From: Candidatus Thorarchaeota archaeon
GTDB taxonomy: Archaea; Asgardarchaeota; Thorarchaeia; Thorarchaeales; Thorarchaeaceae
Direction: 5' to 3'
DNA length: 64,000 bases
NCBI GenBank assembly: GCA_048882485.1
Contig: JBHLRP010000001.1
Location: 160,001 to 224,000, forward strand
The notes under the pieces were generated by a model. That model was given only the letters and a program-made list of their open reading frames with translations, searched no databases and was not told the DNA's origin. Below, piece by piece: positions 1 to 10,458 of this stretch. Both the position numbers and the translations under genes were made by a program. Numbering within the stretch: the first letter of the stretch is position 1; every line of letters begins with the position of its first letter.

Positions 1-1194
1 CAGCTGGACGCCATGGATAAGACAAGTCTGAAGCTTGTCAGCGATGCAAAGAAGAAGATACGGGAACTGCACGACGACCTCGAGGACATAGATGCGAAGA
101 TACAGGTGGTTCAAGCAAACATACAACGGATGCGGGGTCATCGGCGCACGGAAACCACCAAAGAAGTAAAGGTGATGCTGGACGTCAAGGAGAACACGGA
201 AATCGAGCTGGAGATGACGTACCAGCTAGGTGCCTCTGGTTGGACGCCTACATATGATGTTGACATAGGAGATGAAACTGCCAACGTGAAACGGATTGCT
301 ATGGTGCATAACGGAACGTTGGAGGACTGGGTAGATGTAGAACTGGTCGTTTCAACTGCAAGTGCCAGACGTGTTGAAGCTGTGGAGGCTAAACCATTCT
401 ATGTTGATGTGTATTCGCACTCAATTGGACGTGGCATGTCCGGAGTTGCCGCGAAGGGATATGCAGAAGGCGCCGCAGACATGGATGATGAATTGGAGCT
501 CTATGCAGTGGAAGAAGCGCCAATGCCTGAGCCAGTCCCGGAAATCATTGAAACCTATGCAACCGCGAGTGAGACTCTTGGTGGGACAATCATATACGAT
601 GTTCCTGGAAAGGTTACATTGCCTGCAGGTGAGGAACCGCAGCCAATAACACTGACTGAAGAGTCCTTTGAAGCGAAACGCCTGCACTACTGGAATGCGT
701 ATGCGATGCCAGAGGTCGTGGCTCAGGACGAGATCACTAATGGTGACTCTGTAATGCTACCTGGCAATGTCAGAGTCTACGCAAAAGGAGATTTCCTTGG
801 TGAAACTAACATTGGTCTTAAGGCACCTCGTGAAACCTTCAGGCTAGGGACTAGAACTGCGTATGATGTGAAAGCTGAGAAGAAACTCCTAGAGAAGGAT
901 ACCGAGAAAGCAGGATTGACCAGAGGAAAACGCAGGCGAGGATACCAATATCAGCTTGAGGTCAAGAGCTTTTCAAAGGAGCCATTGGATATCCGCATCG
1001 TTGACCGTATTCCTCACAGCAATTCTGAGAAGATCCAAGTTGAGTTCAAGCCATTGGATTTGGCACCCAAGAAGAATGTTATGGGTGTGCTTGAGTGGGA
1101 AGTCGAAATCGAAGCCCAAAAGGAGCTAAGCATCAAATACGCATTCGAAGTAGAGTGGGAAAGAGATCTGACGATACGACCTCCATTGCCGTAG
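1..1194 (+). CDS. DUF4139 domain protein (mucoidy inhibitor MuiA-like family), 5'-partial
   Basis: Frame is open from base 1. Coiled-coil segment followed by GWTPTYDV, NGTLEDWVDVELVVSTA, NGDSVMLPGNVRVY and IRIVDRIPHS motifs typical of DUF4139 proteins. Confidence 0.85.
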   Translation, partial: QLDAMDKTSLKLVSDAKKKIRELHDDLEDIDAKIQVVQANIQRMRGHRRTETTKEVKVMLDVKENTEIELEMTYQLGASGWTPTYDVDIGDETANVKRIAMVHNGTLEDWVDVELVVSTASARRVEAVEAKPFYVDVYSHSIGRGMSGVAAKGYAEGAADMDDELELYAVEEAPMPEPVPEIIETYATASETLGGTIIYDVPGKVTLPAGEEPQPITLTEESFEAKRLHYWNAYAMPEVVAQDEITNGDSVMLPGNVRVYAKGDFLGETNIGLKAPRETFRLGTRTAYDVKAEKKLLEKDTEKAGLTRGKRRRGYQYQLEVKSFSKEPLDIRIVDRIPHSNSEKIQVEFKPLDLAPKKNVMGVLEWEVEIEAQKELSIKYAFEVEWERDLTIRPPLP

Positions 1195-1268
1195 AAAGAT
1201 TCGGCATTCGCAGAAGTTCTTACGGAGTTGCGACACCTTAAATACGGACGGGGGCAGAATCTAATTCA

Positions 1269-1308
1269 CAACTCGCGAAAGACTAGTTTCGCTTGTTGGT
1301 AAAGGAGG
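1269..1308 (+). promoter_or_regulatory. 5'-leader inverted repeat and Shine-Dalgarno of the ABC operon
   Basis: CAAC-TC-GCGAAA-GACTAG-TTTCGC-TT-GTTG (1269-1298) directly before AGGAGG (1303-1308). TATA-like CTTAAATA near 1236. Confidence 0.4.
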
Positions 1309-1315
1309 AAACCTC

Positions 1316-2980
1316 TTGTCAAGAAACCAACAAATTGCGATAGTAGTCATAATAGTGATTGCGGTTGGTGGAATTGCAGGCTATATGCTGTTCTTCCCAC
1401 CAGTTACAACGGAAGATGTCATTATCTTCGGAACGACTGATACCGTTGAGAAAAGCATAGATATGGCGCAATCGTATGACTTCTTCGGTTGGGAGATCAT
1501 CACGACTCTCAGCTCTGGTCTGGTAGAGATAATACCAGGTTCGGAGGGGACATCTGATGATATCCGTGGAGCCCTCGCCTCAAGTTGGACGAGGAGTACT
1601 GATGGAAAAACATGGGACTTTGTACTGCGAGAAGGTGTCACCTTCAGAGATGGTAAAGCATTCGACTCATCTGTCGTCAAGTACAGCTTCGATAGGAACT
1701 GCAACCTCACAGGTACCGGTCTGCAGGAGCCTGATGGTCCGACATTCAACATGGGTTATGCAGACATCATTCATGATGTTGAAGTAACGGGTGATTACAC
1801 TGTCAGATTCAATCTAAACATTGCATTCGCACCGTTCCTGCAACTCATGGCCTGTGCAGCATCTTACATGGTGCATCCAGACTATGCACCACTGAGTGAC
1901 GGCGATCCCGCCACTATCGATTACGTGGAGTACACTGCCGGTGATGTCAGAGCCAGCCATCCACTTGGACTTGGCCCCTACACCCTCACTGAGTGGTCAC
2001 GAGTAGGTGGTGAAGACGAGTCGATGCGTCTCGAGGCCAACCCTGCTTATTGGAATGCTGAAAACATTCCCAAGACAGATGTAATAATCATCCAGTTCTA
2101 TGAGGATGAGGCTGGCCTTGCGGCAGCCATGACTGCTGGCGACATTGATGTTGCATTCAGACATCTCACTCCAGCACAGGTGGACAGCTTCCGAAACAAT
2201 GTTGATTTCACTGTCTGGGAAGGCCCTGGTGCTTCAATTCAGTATCTGTTGTTCCAGCAGGACATCTATCCATATAATGAAACAATGATTCGACAGGGAA
2301 TTGCTGCTGCACTGAACAGGACCAACGTAGCGGAAACTGTATTCCTTGGAAACGTTGATCCGCTGTATAGTGTCATTCCTGCAGGAATGGCATTCCACAA
2401 GCCGACCTTCACGGTCTACGGTGAAGCAAACTACACCTTCACCGTTAGTGCATTGGCACCCTTTGGCTATAACAACGTAACCAAGCTTCATGTCAATCTA
2501 TACTACGAGTCTTCAGCGCACTATCCATCAAGCGCTCAACAGGCTGCTGTGTATAAGAGCGACTTGGAGGCTAGTGGAGTCATAGAAGTAGAGCTACGTA
2601 GCTATGACTGGCCAACATACAGGGAAGAGAGAAATGCCGGATCGATGGATGTGTTCATCTACGGATGGTATCCTGACTACATTGACCCAGACAACTATGG
2701 CTTCTTGCCATTCGCGTCCTGGCTCCATCTCGGATACAACGCATCATATCCAGCGGGAGGCATTGCTCAGAACGCCTTATGGCAGGCAGGCCGCAGCGCA
2801 GAAGATGATGCTGGCAGGCAAGCAGCCTACTATGATCTGCAGGACCTACAGGCACAGGAGTGCTCACTGGTTCCGCTCTGGCAGGGACAGCAAAATTGTG
2901 TCTCTAATAGCAATATCACTGGTATCATCCTTGACGTCACTTTGAACTGGCGTCATTGGCTGCTAGACTGGAAACCCTAG
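1316..2980 (+). CDS. dppA: ABC transporter substrate-binding protein, family 5 (peptide/nickel)
   Basis: N-terminal TM anchor; LASSW..S.DGKTWDFVLREGVTFRDG, GLGPYTL, IRQGIAAALNR and GWYPDYIDPD motifs; first gene of a complete five-gene ABC operon. Confidence 0.9.
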   Translation: MSRNQQIAIVVIIVIAVGGIAGYMLFFPPVTTEDVIIFGTTDTVEKSIDMAQSYDFFGWEIITTLSSGLVEIIPGSEGTSDDIRGALASSWTRSTDGKTWDFVLREGVTFRDGKAFDSSVVKYSFDRNCNLTGTGLQEPDGPTFNMGYADIIHDVEVTGDYTVRFNLNIAFAPFLQLMACAASYMVHPDYAPLSDGDPATIDYVEYTAGDVRASHPLGLGPYTLTEWSRVGGEDESMRLEANPAYWNAENIPKTDVIIIQFYEDEAGLAAAMTAGDIDVAFRHLTPAQVDSFRNNVDFTVWEGPGASIQYLLFQQDIYPYNETMIRQGIAAALNRTNVAETVFLGNVDPLYSVIPAGMAFHKPTFTVYGEANYTFTVSALAPFGYNNVTKLHVNLYYESSAHYPSSAQQAAVYKSDLEASGVIEVELRSYDWPTYREERNAGSMDVFIYGWYPDYIDPDNYGFLPFASWLHLGYNASYPAGGIAQNALWQAGRSAEDDAGRQAAYYDLQDLQAQECSLVPLWQGQQNCVSNSNITGIILDVTLNWRHWLLDWKP

Positions 2981-3018
2981 GCTGGAAACAGATGCTATCC
3001 ACGCTGAAATACTAAAGC

Positions 3019-3055
3019 GGTGCTACTGATTCAGTAGCACCATCCTATCTTTTTT
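3019..3055 (+). terminator. Stem-loop plus T-tract after the substrate-binding gene
   Basis: Perfect 10-bp stem GGTGCTACTG-ATT-CAGTAGCACC (3019-3041) followed by TTTTTT (3050-3055). Confidence 0.6.
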
Positions 3056-3174
3056 GATTCTTATTGCTAGCAGAAACATGAAGCTGCTTTTTGCCATTTA
3101 TGGCTCAGTCCGTATTCCTTAAAACGTCAATACTCCCGTTCCAGAGATAACCTCAGTGAATAGGAGTCGATAAG

Positions 3175-4194
3175 TTGTCATTAAGATCCTACATTGCCAG
3201 TCGAATTTTGCTCACTATTCCCATGATTATGCTGCTCTTGACGCTAGTATTTGTAATCCTCAGAATTGTACCAGGGGATCCAGCCCTGCTTCATTTTGAG
3301 AGGAACGTTGACCCTGAAGCGCTGGCTCTATTCAAGCACAGATTGGGACTTGACAAACCAATCCATGAACAGTATTTCGACTATCTTGCTGGCATCATCA
3401 GAGGCGACTTTGGACTCTCAATGCAGGACTTTGCACCTGTCAGTGATCATCTCATTGGCAGGTTCCCTGCTACCGTGGAGCTATCTATCTACTCCATGCT
3501 TATTGCTGTAGGTCTTGGAGTGTTCTTGGGAGTAAAGTCCTCAAAGAAATATGATACCAATACCGACCAGGGGATACGACTGTTCGGAATTGTCACCTAT
3601 GCAATTCCAGTGTTCTTCCTTGGAATGATTTTCCAATTCATTTTCGGAATCTGGCTGGATTGGCTTCCTACAGGGCAACGTTTTGACCCGCGCTTATTGT
3701 ATGACTATGAACCACAGACCATCACTGGACTTTACACCATCGATAGTCTTCTCACTGGCAATATTACAGGGTTCGTCACCTCTCTCAAATACCTCTTTCT
3801 ACCATCGCTCACTCTTGGCCTGATTCTATGTGGTGTCTTCATCCGACTTACTAGAACAAATATGCTTGAAACGCTTCGACAGGATTTTGTTGTAGCAGCT
3901 GAAGCCAGAGGTCTTTCAGACAACACAGTCACCTATGGCTACGCTCTGAAGAATGCATTCTTGCCCATTCTAACAATGATTGGGCTGCAATTCGCAATAC
4001 TTCTGGCTGGAGCCATTCTGACCGAGACCACATTCAACTGGCCCGGACTCGGAACATACTTGGTTGGGCGCATTGGCCACAGAGACTACACTGCAATTCA
4101 GGGTACTGTTGTCTTCTTTGGAATTCTCGTTAGCTTGGTGAGTCTCTTCGTTGACATATTATATGCGTATCTTGATCCTCGAATACGACTATGA
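3175..4194 (+). CDS. dppB: Peptide/nickel ABC transporter permease (DppB/OppB)
   Basis: PGDPA, LGLDKPI..QY, RFPATVELS, EAA-loop AAEARGLS, ETTFNWPGLG and C-terminal LDPRIR. Confidence 0.95.
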   Translation: MSLRSYIASRILLTIPMIMLLLTLVFVILRIVPGDPALLHFERNVDPEALALFKHRLGLDKPIHEQYFDYLAGIIRGDFGLSMQDFAPVSDHLIGRFPATVELSIYSMLIAVGLGVFLGVKSSKKYDTNTDQGIRLFGIVTYAIPVFFLGMIFQFIFGIWLDWLPTGQRFDPRLLYDYEPQTITGLYTIDSLLTGNITGFVTSLKYLFLPSLTLGLILCGVFIRLTRTNMLETLRQDFVVAAEARGLSDNTVTYGYALKNAFLPILTMIGLQFAILLAGAILTETTFNWPGLGTYLVGRIGHRDYTAIQGTVVFFGILVSLVSLFVDILYAYLDPRIRL

Positions 4195-4205
4195 GGTGTA
4201 GAGTT

Positions 4206-5480
4206 ATGGAAAATGTACAAGACAGAAGAATAGTCAGCGGAGTGCTCTATCAACTCAGTCCTAGGAGAGAGACCTTCGAAAAACGGTCGCGTACTTGGTG
4301 GCTCATCTTCATCATTGTTGTTGGAGGATCATTGGTCCTCCTTGCGGGATTATTCATACTCGCGGCTCAGTCAATAAGTCAAATTGGCATTCAGGTGGTG
4401 CTCATTACTTTCGGCGTCACGATTTGCATGATGATCTTCTTGGCCATCAAGGATCTGAAAATCGAAGACGGCACTCTCACAACTGCAAGGGGATATGCTC
4501 TTTTCATCGTCATGTGTGTGGTAGTTACCCTAATACTAATCCCTGTTAGTCTAGTCTACCATCCTTTGGATTCACTTACTTTCTGGATAGCGACGGTGGG
4601 TGGAGGACTGACCTTGTCCTTTACGGGACTGATGATACGTGACATCTACCCAGAACTAAGACAACGCGGGACTGCTGGCATCCTGACGATTTCTGGTCTT
4701 CTAATTGTATTTGCTATAATATACATGACCTTCATTGCGCCGTTCATCACTCCATATCTCCCCTTCTCAATCAATGTTGGCCCTATTCTTGCCCCTCCCT
4801 CATCAGGGTTCCCTCTCGGCACGACTGACCTCGGACAGGATTTGTTGAGTAGAGTGATTGCTGGAGGTGCTACCATGCTCCAAGTAGCTGGAATCTCAGT
4901 GGCAGTCTGTTTCACAATCGGAGTGCCTGTGGGTCTTTTGGCGTCATTTAGGGGAGGACTTACAGATCGCATTATTTCATTGGTTATGGATAGCATCTTT
5001 GCATTCCCAGGACTTGTCCTTGCAATCGCTATTGCTGCCATGCTGGGCCCTGGTGCATTTAACATGGCAATCTCTATTTCCGTCGTATATGTTCCATCCT
5101 ATTTTAGAGTGGTCCGAAGTCAGGTGTTGACAGTTAGAGAGCTGCCTTATGTTGAGGCTGCAGTTGTAATGGGAGCTAAAGAACGAGACATCATGTTCCG
5201 GTACATCCTCCCGAATGTCCTCCCTTCAGCTGTGGTCGTGATGTCTATCAATTTTGCAGATGCTGTCCTGACAGCAGCGGGATTGACTTTCGTAGGCCTA
5301 GGACTCCCTGTCGACATTGCAGATTGGGGGTGGGACTTAACAAATGGCCGCAATCAGATGATTGTAGGTGCCTGGTGGGTTAGCAGCTTCCCTGGACTAA
5401 TGGTTGTTATTCTTGCTCTAGGCTTTACACTCGCCGGAGATGGCTTGAATGAGATACTAACGCCTAAGCTTCAGGAGTGA
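4206..5480 (+). CDS. dppC: Peptide/nickel ABC transporter permease (DppC/OppC) with N-terminal multi-TM extension
   Basis: PLGTTDLGQDLLSRV, YVEAAVVMGA, ILPNV and GDGLNEIL motifs. ATG at 4206 follows GAGGTG (ORF track start is 4191). Confidence 0.92.
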   Translation: MENVQDRRIVSGVLYQLSPRRETFEKRSRTWWLIFIIVVGGSLVLLAGLFILAAQSISQIGIQVVLITFGVTICMMIFLAIKDLKIEDGTLTTARGYALFIVMCVVVTLILIPVSLVYHPLDSLTFWIATVGGGLTLSFTGLMIRDIYPELRQRGTAGILTISGLLIVFAIIYMTFIAPFITPYLPFSINVGPILAPPSSGFPLGTTDLGQDLLSRVIAGGATMLQVAGISVAVCFTIGVPVGLLASFRGGLTDRIISLVMDSIFAFPGLVLAIAIAAMLGPGAFNMAISISVVYVPSYFRVVRSQVLTVRELPYVEAAVVMGAKERDIMFRYILPNVLPSAVVVMSINFADAVLTAAGLTFVGLGLPVDIADWGWDLTNGRNQMIVGAWWVSSFPGLMVVILALGFTLAGDGLNEILTPKLQE

Positions 5481-6496
5481 TGTATTTGACTGACGTTCTC
5501 AGAATTGAAAATCTGGTTGTGGAGTATACCACAAGGCGAGGAACAGCACGTGCATTGGACAAGGCGTTCATCACACTGGAAGAGAACAAGACACTTGGGC
5601 TAGCGGGCGAGAGTGGATGCGGGAAGAGCACGCTCGGACGTGCAATCATGAGGTTAGTACCGTATCCAGGAAAAATCATCGAAGGTAAAATTCACCTGAA
5701 TCTTGATGAAACAGTTCCTGCAAAGACCTCGGATATTCCCAAGGGTGAAGTCAATCTAATGGATCTAGACGAAGATCAAATGCGTGCTCTTCGAGGGCGC
5801 ATGATTGCTTATATTTTCCAAGATCCGATGACATCACTCAATCCGATGCTCAATATTGGTGACCACTTCATCCAGATTATGAAGGCCCATGACGATGAAA
5901 TTGAGGATGAAGCCGCACTCGACAGAGCGAAGGAGATTCTTGACAGCTTGGGCATTTTGGCTGAACGAGTGACTGACTATCCACATCAGTTTAGCGGCGG
6001 GATGCGCCAGAGGGTAATGATAGGATTGGGATTGGCCCTACGTCCTAGACTACTAATATCTGATGAGCCAACAACATCTCTTGATGTCATTGTTGAGGCG
6101 CAAATCCTGGAGCAAATGGCTGAGCTCAAGGAAAAGTTCAATCTAACAATGATCTTGATCACACACAATCTAGGCGTGTTGGCACAGACTGCAGATGATA
6201 TTGCTATCATCTATGCTGGCCGGATTATGGAGCATGCAACAACTGAGGCGCTATTTGGAAACCCGCAACACCCCTACACTAAAGCTCTGCTTGCGGCTGT
6301 TCCTGATGTATCAAAGCCAGAGAAGAAGATCACCTGGATTCCTGGTGCTCCACCAGATCTTATGGACTTCATTCCCGGTTGCATGTATAATCCAAGGTGT
6401 TCTCATGCAATGGACATTTGCAGAACTACGCAACCAACTCTGATGGATAGTAAGAGTGGGGGAAAAGTAGCATGTTGGCTATATGAGGAGGAATAA
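5477..6496 (+). CDS. dppD: Peptide ABC transporter ATP-binding protein (DppD/OppD)
   Basis: Walker A GESGCGKS, IFQDPMTSLNP, YPHQFSGGMRQR, DEPTTSLD and C-terminal Cys motif. Confidence 0.95.
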   Translation: MMYLTDVLRIENLVVEYTTRRGTARALDKAFITLEENKTLGLAGESGCGKSTLGRAIMRLVPYPGKIIEGKIHLNLDETVPAKTSDIPKGEVNLMDLDEDQMRALRGRMIAYIFQDPMTSLNPMLNIGDHFIQIMKAHDDEIEDEAALDRAKEILDSLGILAERVTDYPHQFSGGMRQRVMIGLGLALRPRLLISDEPTTSLDVIVEAQILEQMAELKEKFNLTMILITHNLGVLAQTADDIAIIYAGRIMEHATTEALFGNPQHPYTKALLAAVPDVSKPEKKITWIPGAPPDLMDFIPGCMYNPRCSHAMDICRTTQPTLMDSKSGGKVACWLYEEE

Positions 6497-6499
6497 ATC

Positions 6500-7477
6500 T
6501 TGAAGCTTGTCGAAGTGAAGAATGTTAAGAAGTACTTCCCTGTTCAGAAAAGCTTCATAGATCAGATCATATCAAAAGAGCAGACCTATGTAAGAGCTGT
6601 GGATGACATTTCCTTCTATGTGAAGAAAGGTGAAGTTCTTGGCCTTGCAGGGGAGAGCGGCTCAGGTAAGACCACCATGGGTAGACTCTGTGTAAGACTC
6701 ATTGAGCCAACTGAAGGTCAGATTTTGTTTGATGGGAAGGATATCGCACACCTGAAAGGCAAAGAGCTTATGTTAATGAAGAGACGATTTCAATTTACCT
6801 TCCAAGATCCTACATCATCACTCAATCCGCGGCTTTCAATTGGAGAGGCAATAGGTGATGCTCTCAGACTGCAACGGATAGGAAACAGGGATGAACAAGC
6901 ATTCAGGTCTCGTGAAGTTCTGGAAAGAGTCGGGCTTTCCCCTGCTGATTCGTTTTACGACAGGCTGCCCCATCAGCTTAGTGGGGGTCAGAAACAAAGA
7001 GTAGTATTTGGGAGAGCGATAATTCTCAACCCCGAGTTCATCGTGACCGATGAGCCAGTAGCCATGGTAGATGTTTCAATCAAGGCCCAGATTCTTGAAC
7101 TGATGATGGATCTCAAGAGAGAGCTGAATCTAACGTATCTGTTCATCTCCCATGACTTGGCTACTTCGCGATATGTCTGCGATTATATCGCAATTATGTA
7201 CCTTGGCAAACTAATCGAGATTGCTGATAAAGACCAAATCTATGAGGACCCGCTTCATCCGTACAGTCAAGGACTAATGAGTGCAATACCTATTCCTGAT
7301 CCAAAGGCTCAGAAAGCAGCTCCAATTCCGAAGGGTGAGATCCCGAGTCCAATAGATCCACCTTCAGGATGCCGTTTTCATCCTCGGTGCCCAAAGGCCT
7401 TTGATAGGTGCCCCAAGGAAGAACCCGAGTTGAAATCTGTTGGAAATGGAAGGGTTGTAGCCTGTCATTTGTACTGA
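6500..7477 (+). CDS. dppF: Peptide ABC transporter ATP-binding protein (DppF/OppF)
   Basis: GESGSGKT, FQDPTSSLNP, PHQLSGGQKQR, PSGCRFHPRC and VACHLY. Confidence 0.95.
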   Translation: MKLVEVKNVKKYFPVQKSFIDQIISKEQTYVRAVDDISFYVKKGEVLGLAGESGSGKTTMGRLCVRLIEPTEGQILFDGKDIAHLKGKELMLMKRRFQFTFQDPTSSLNPRLSIGEAIGDALRLQRIGNRDEQAFRSREVLERVGLSPADSFYDRLPHQLSGGQKQRVVFGRAIILNPEFIVTDEPVAMVDVSIKAQILELMMDLKRELNLTYLFISHDLATSRYVCDYIAIMYLGKLIEIADKDQIYEDPLHPYSQGLMSAIPIPDPKAQKAAPIPKGEIPSPIDPPSGCRFHPRCPKAFDRCPKEEPELKSVGNGRVVACHLY

Positions 7478-7499
7478 CAGAACTCCGTCCTTAACCCCA

Positions 7500-10217
7500 C
7501 TAAAGCTCTCCGCGGCTCTTCTTAATGGCGGCTTGTGCGGCAGCAAGTCTTGCAAGTGGCAACCTGTAAGGAGAACAAGACACATAGTCTAATCCAATCT
7601 TGTAGAAGAACTCGACTGAGCGTGGGTCTCCACCATGTTCACCACAGACTCCAATCTTCATTCCTGGTCTTGTCTGTCTTCCCCTATCAATGGCAATCTC
7701 CATCAGCTGACCAATGCCTCGCTTGTCGATGCTTTGGAAGGGATCATTCCTTAGAATATGATCCTCGAGATAAGTAGGGAGAAATGTGCCGATGTCATCG
7801 CGACTGAATCCAAAGCCCATCTGCGACAGGTCATTCGTGCCAAATGAGAAGAACTCGGCGCTCTGGGCCATATCACCAGCTCTCATGCAGGCACGAGGAA
7901 TTTCGATCATAGTGCCGTAGAGGAAATCAATCTCAAGGCCTGTTTCTTCTTTGAACTTCTTGTAGAGGTCATCGACTCGCATCCTCATGTACTTGAGTTC
8001 AGCAGCTCCAATGGTGACAGGTATCATGAGTTCCAGCTTGACTTTCTTGCCTTCTCTTATCAGCTCTGCAGCGGCATCGAATATAGCACGCACCTGCATT
8101 TCATATACTTCAGGGTATATGATTCCTAGGCGCACGCCCCTCAAACCCATCATGGGATTAGCTTCATGAAGGGAATCCCCTCGAGTGCGTACATCCTCCA
8201 TAGCAATCCCTAACGCATGAGCAAGTCTCTCTTGACCAATCCTACTCTGTGGCACAAATTCGTGCAGCGGTGGGTCTAGCAGGCGAATTGTTACCGGCAA
8301 TCCGTCCATGACCTCTAAAGTTGCTTTAATGTCACGCTTTACGTATGGTGATAACTCTGTGAGAGCGGCTCTTCTTTCGGCATTGGTTTTGCTGATGATC
8401 ATTTTTCTAAGGAGGAAGAGCGGCTCGTCTGAACCTTCCCCGTAGAACATGTGCTCGCTCCTCAAAAGGCCTATTCCTTCAGCACCAAACTCCAGTGCTA
8501 TTCTAGCATCTTCAGGATTGTCTGCGTTTGCTCTTACACCCATCTGCCTGAACCCATCCACCATATCCATGAATTCCTGTAGACGTGGATTCTTGCTCGA
8601 ATCCATCATGGGTAGTTCGCCCTCATAGATGAATCCCCTTGTACCATTCAAGGTCATGACATCTCCCTGCTGGTAGATTTTTCCATTGACAGTCATGCTC
8701 TTATCAAAGGGATCTATCTCAAGAGCAGAAGCTCCCACTATGCATGTCTTACCCCAGCCCCGCGTGACCAGTGCCGCGTGACTTGTCATGCCTCCCCGTC
8801 CAGTAAGGACCCCGATGGCTGCGCGCATTCCTTCAATATCTTCAGGGCTTGTTTCTTCTCTTACAAGGATGACACTTTTGCCCTGATTAGCCCATTCCAC
8901 TGCATCCTCTTGGGTAAAGACAATTTGCCCAACTGCTCCTCCAGGACCTGCGGGAAGTCCCTGTGCAATTGGAGTCTTCTTCTTCTCTTCCTCCGGATCA
9001 AGAATTGGATATAGAAGCTGACTCAGCTGTTCGGGAGTAATCCGCATGACAGCGGTTGGTTTGTTAATCATTCCCTCTTCCAACATGTCCATGGCAATGT
9101 TTAAGGCCGCAGTCGCTGTTCTCTTCCCAACTCTATGCTGGACTAGGAATAATCGACCTTGCTCAATTGTGAATTCGAGGTCTAGCATGTCCCTCGAATC
9201 ATCTTCAAGAGTCTGTCTAATGCTAACAAGCTCCTCGTATAATTCAGGCATTTCTGCCTGTAGCGTCGGCAGGTCCTTGTTCTGATCATTCTTGCTTTCG
9301 TCATTCATTGGATTGGGAGTTCGGATTCCTGCTACGACATCCTCTCCTTGCGCGTTGAACAGACACTCACCATAGAACTTGTCTTCACCTGTAGCAGGAT
9401 CTCTTGTGAATGCTACACCAGTAGCTGAATCTTCCCCAAGGTTGCCAAACACCATGCTCTGGACGGTGCATGCAGTGCCCCACTCATCAGGTATGCCTTC
9501 TATTCTTCTATACGCAACGGCACGATTTCCCCACCAGCTCTTGAACACTCCACCTACAGCTCCCCAGAGCTGTTCATATGGGTCATCTGGAAACTCTCTC
9601 CCAAGGGTATGTTTCACTCTTTCTTTAAACTCCCTAATCAAGTCCTTTAGATCCTCAACCGTGAGATCTGTATCACTTATCCGACCGGCTTCTCGCTTCT
9701 TCTTATTCATAATCCATTCAAGCTGCTGTCTAATTCCTTGCCCTTCTTGGGGCTCAACCCCTTCAGCCTTCTCCATTACGACATCAGCATACATCATGAT
9801 GAGTCGACGATAGGAGTCATAGGCGAATCTCTCATCGCCTGACGCTTTGATTAGACCTGGGAGTGTCTTTGTCGTGAGGCCTACATTGAGGACTGTGTCC
9901 ATCATTCCTGGCATTGATTGCCTCGCACCTGAGCGACATGAAACAAGTAGTGGATTGTCCGGATCACCGAATTTCTTTCCCAGAATCTTCTCTACCCAAG
10001 CGAGTGCTTCTTTTGATTCCTCTTTCACTGAATCCGACAGGCCACCAGTTGAAAGGTACTCATTGCAGACATCAGTAGCAATAGTGAAACCGGGCGGCAC
10101 TGGCAAGCCTAGTAGTGTGGCTCCAGCAAGGGATGCACCCTTACCACCAAGCGAATTTTTCATGTCGGCTTTACCATCAGCTTTCCCAGCACCAAATTTG
10201 TAAACGCGCTTTCCCAA
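7500..10217 (-). CDS. ppdK: Pyruvate, phosphate dikinase
   Basis: LGGKGA, PLLVSCRSGA..SMPGMMDTVLN, phospho-His motif GGMTSHAALV, FSFGTNDL and CGEHGGDP. Confidence 0.97.
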   Translation of the reverse strand: MGKRVYKFGAGKADGKADMKNSLGGKGASLAGATLLGLPVPPGFTIATDVCNEYLSTGGLSDSVKEESKEALAWVEKILGKKFGDPDNPLLVSCRSGARQSMPGMMDTVLNVGLTTKTLPGLIKASGDERFAYDSYRRLIMMYADVVMEKAEGVEPQEGQGIRQQLEWIMNKKKREAGRISDTDLTVEDLKDLIREFKERVKHTLGREFPDDPYEQLWGAVGGVFKSWWGNRAVAYRRIEGIPDEWGTACTVQSMVFGNLGEDSATGVAFTRDPATGEDKFYGECLFNAQGEDVVAGIRTPNPMNDESKNDQNKDLPTLQAEMPELYEELVSIRQTLEDDSRDMLDLEFTIEQGRLFLVQHRVGKRTATAALNIAMDMLEEGMINKPTAVMRITPEQLSQLLYPILDPEEEKKKTPIAQGLPAGPGGAVGQIVFTQEDAVEWANQGKSVILVREETSPEDIEGMRAAIGVLTGRGGMTSHAALVTRGWGKTCIVGASALEIDPFDKSMTVNGKIYQQGDVMTLNGTRGFIYEGELPMMDSSKNPRLQEFMDMVDGFRQMGVRANADNPEDARIALEFGAEGIGLLRSEHMFYGEGSDEPLFLLRKMIISKTNAERRAALTELSPYVKRDIKATLEVMDGLPVTIRLLDPPLHEFVPQSRIGQERLAHALGIAMEDVRTRGDSLHEANPMMGLRGVRLGIIYPEVYEMQVRAIFDAAAELIREGKKVKLELMIPVTIGAAELKYMRMRVDDLYKKFKEETGLEIDFLYGTMIEIPRACMRAGDMAQSAEFFSFGTNDLSQMGFGFSRDDIGTFLPTYLEDHILRNDPFQSIDKRGIGQLMEIAIDRGRQTRPGMKIGVCGEHGGDPRSVEFFYKIGLDYVSCSPYRLPLARLAAAQAAIKKSRGEL

Positions 10218-10458
10218 TGTTTCTACCTTCTCTCAATTCAATATCAATACTCAATCATTAGCGCCCCAAGTGTTGCTCATTGTAGGGGGACATCATTATG
10301 AAACTCAAATGATCCCTGTTCATCTTGTTTGAGTTATCGATAGTTGGGTGCTTCAGCTGTTTTTAATGTGTTCCTCTGGCAAACGAAAATGATTCGATTC
10401 CGAAAGGCTTTTGCACAGCCTCGGCTCGCTATGTAAACGTCAAGATGAGGCCATTAAG

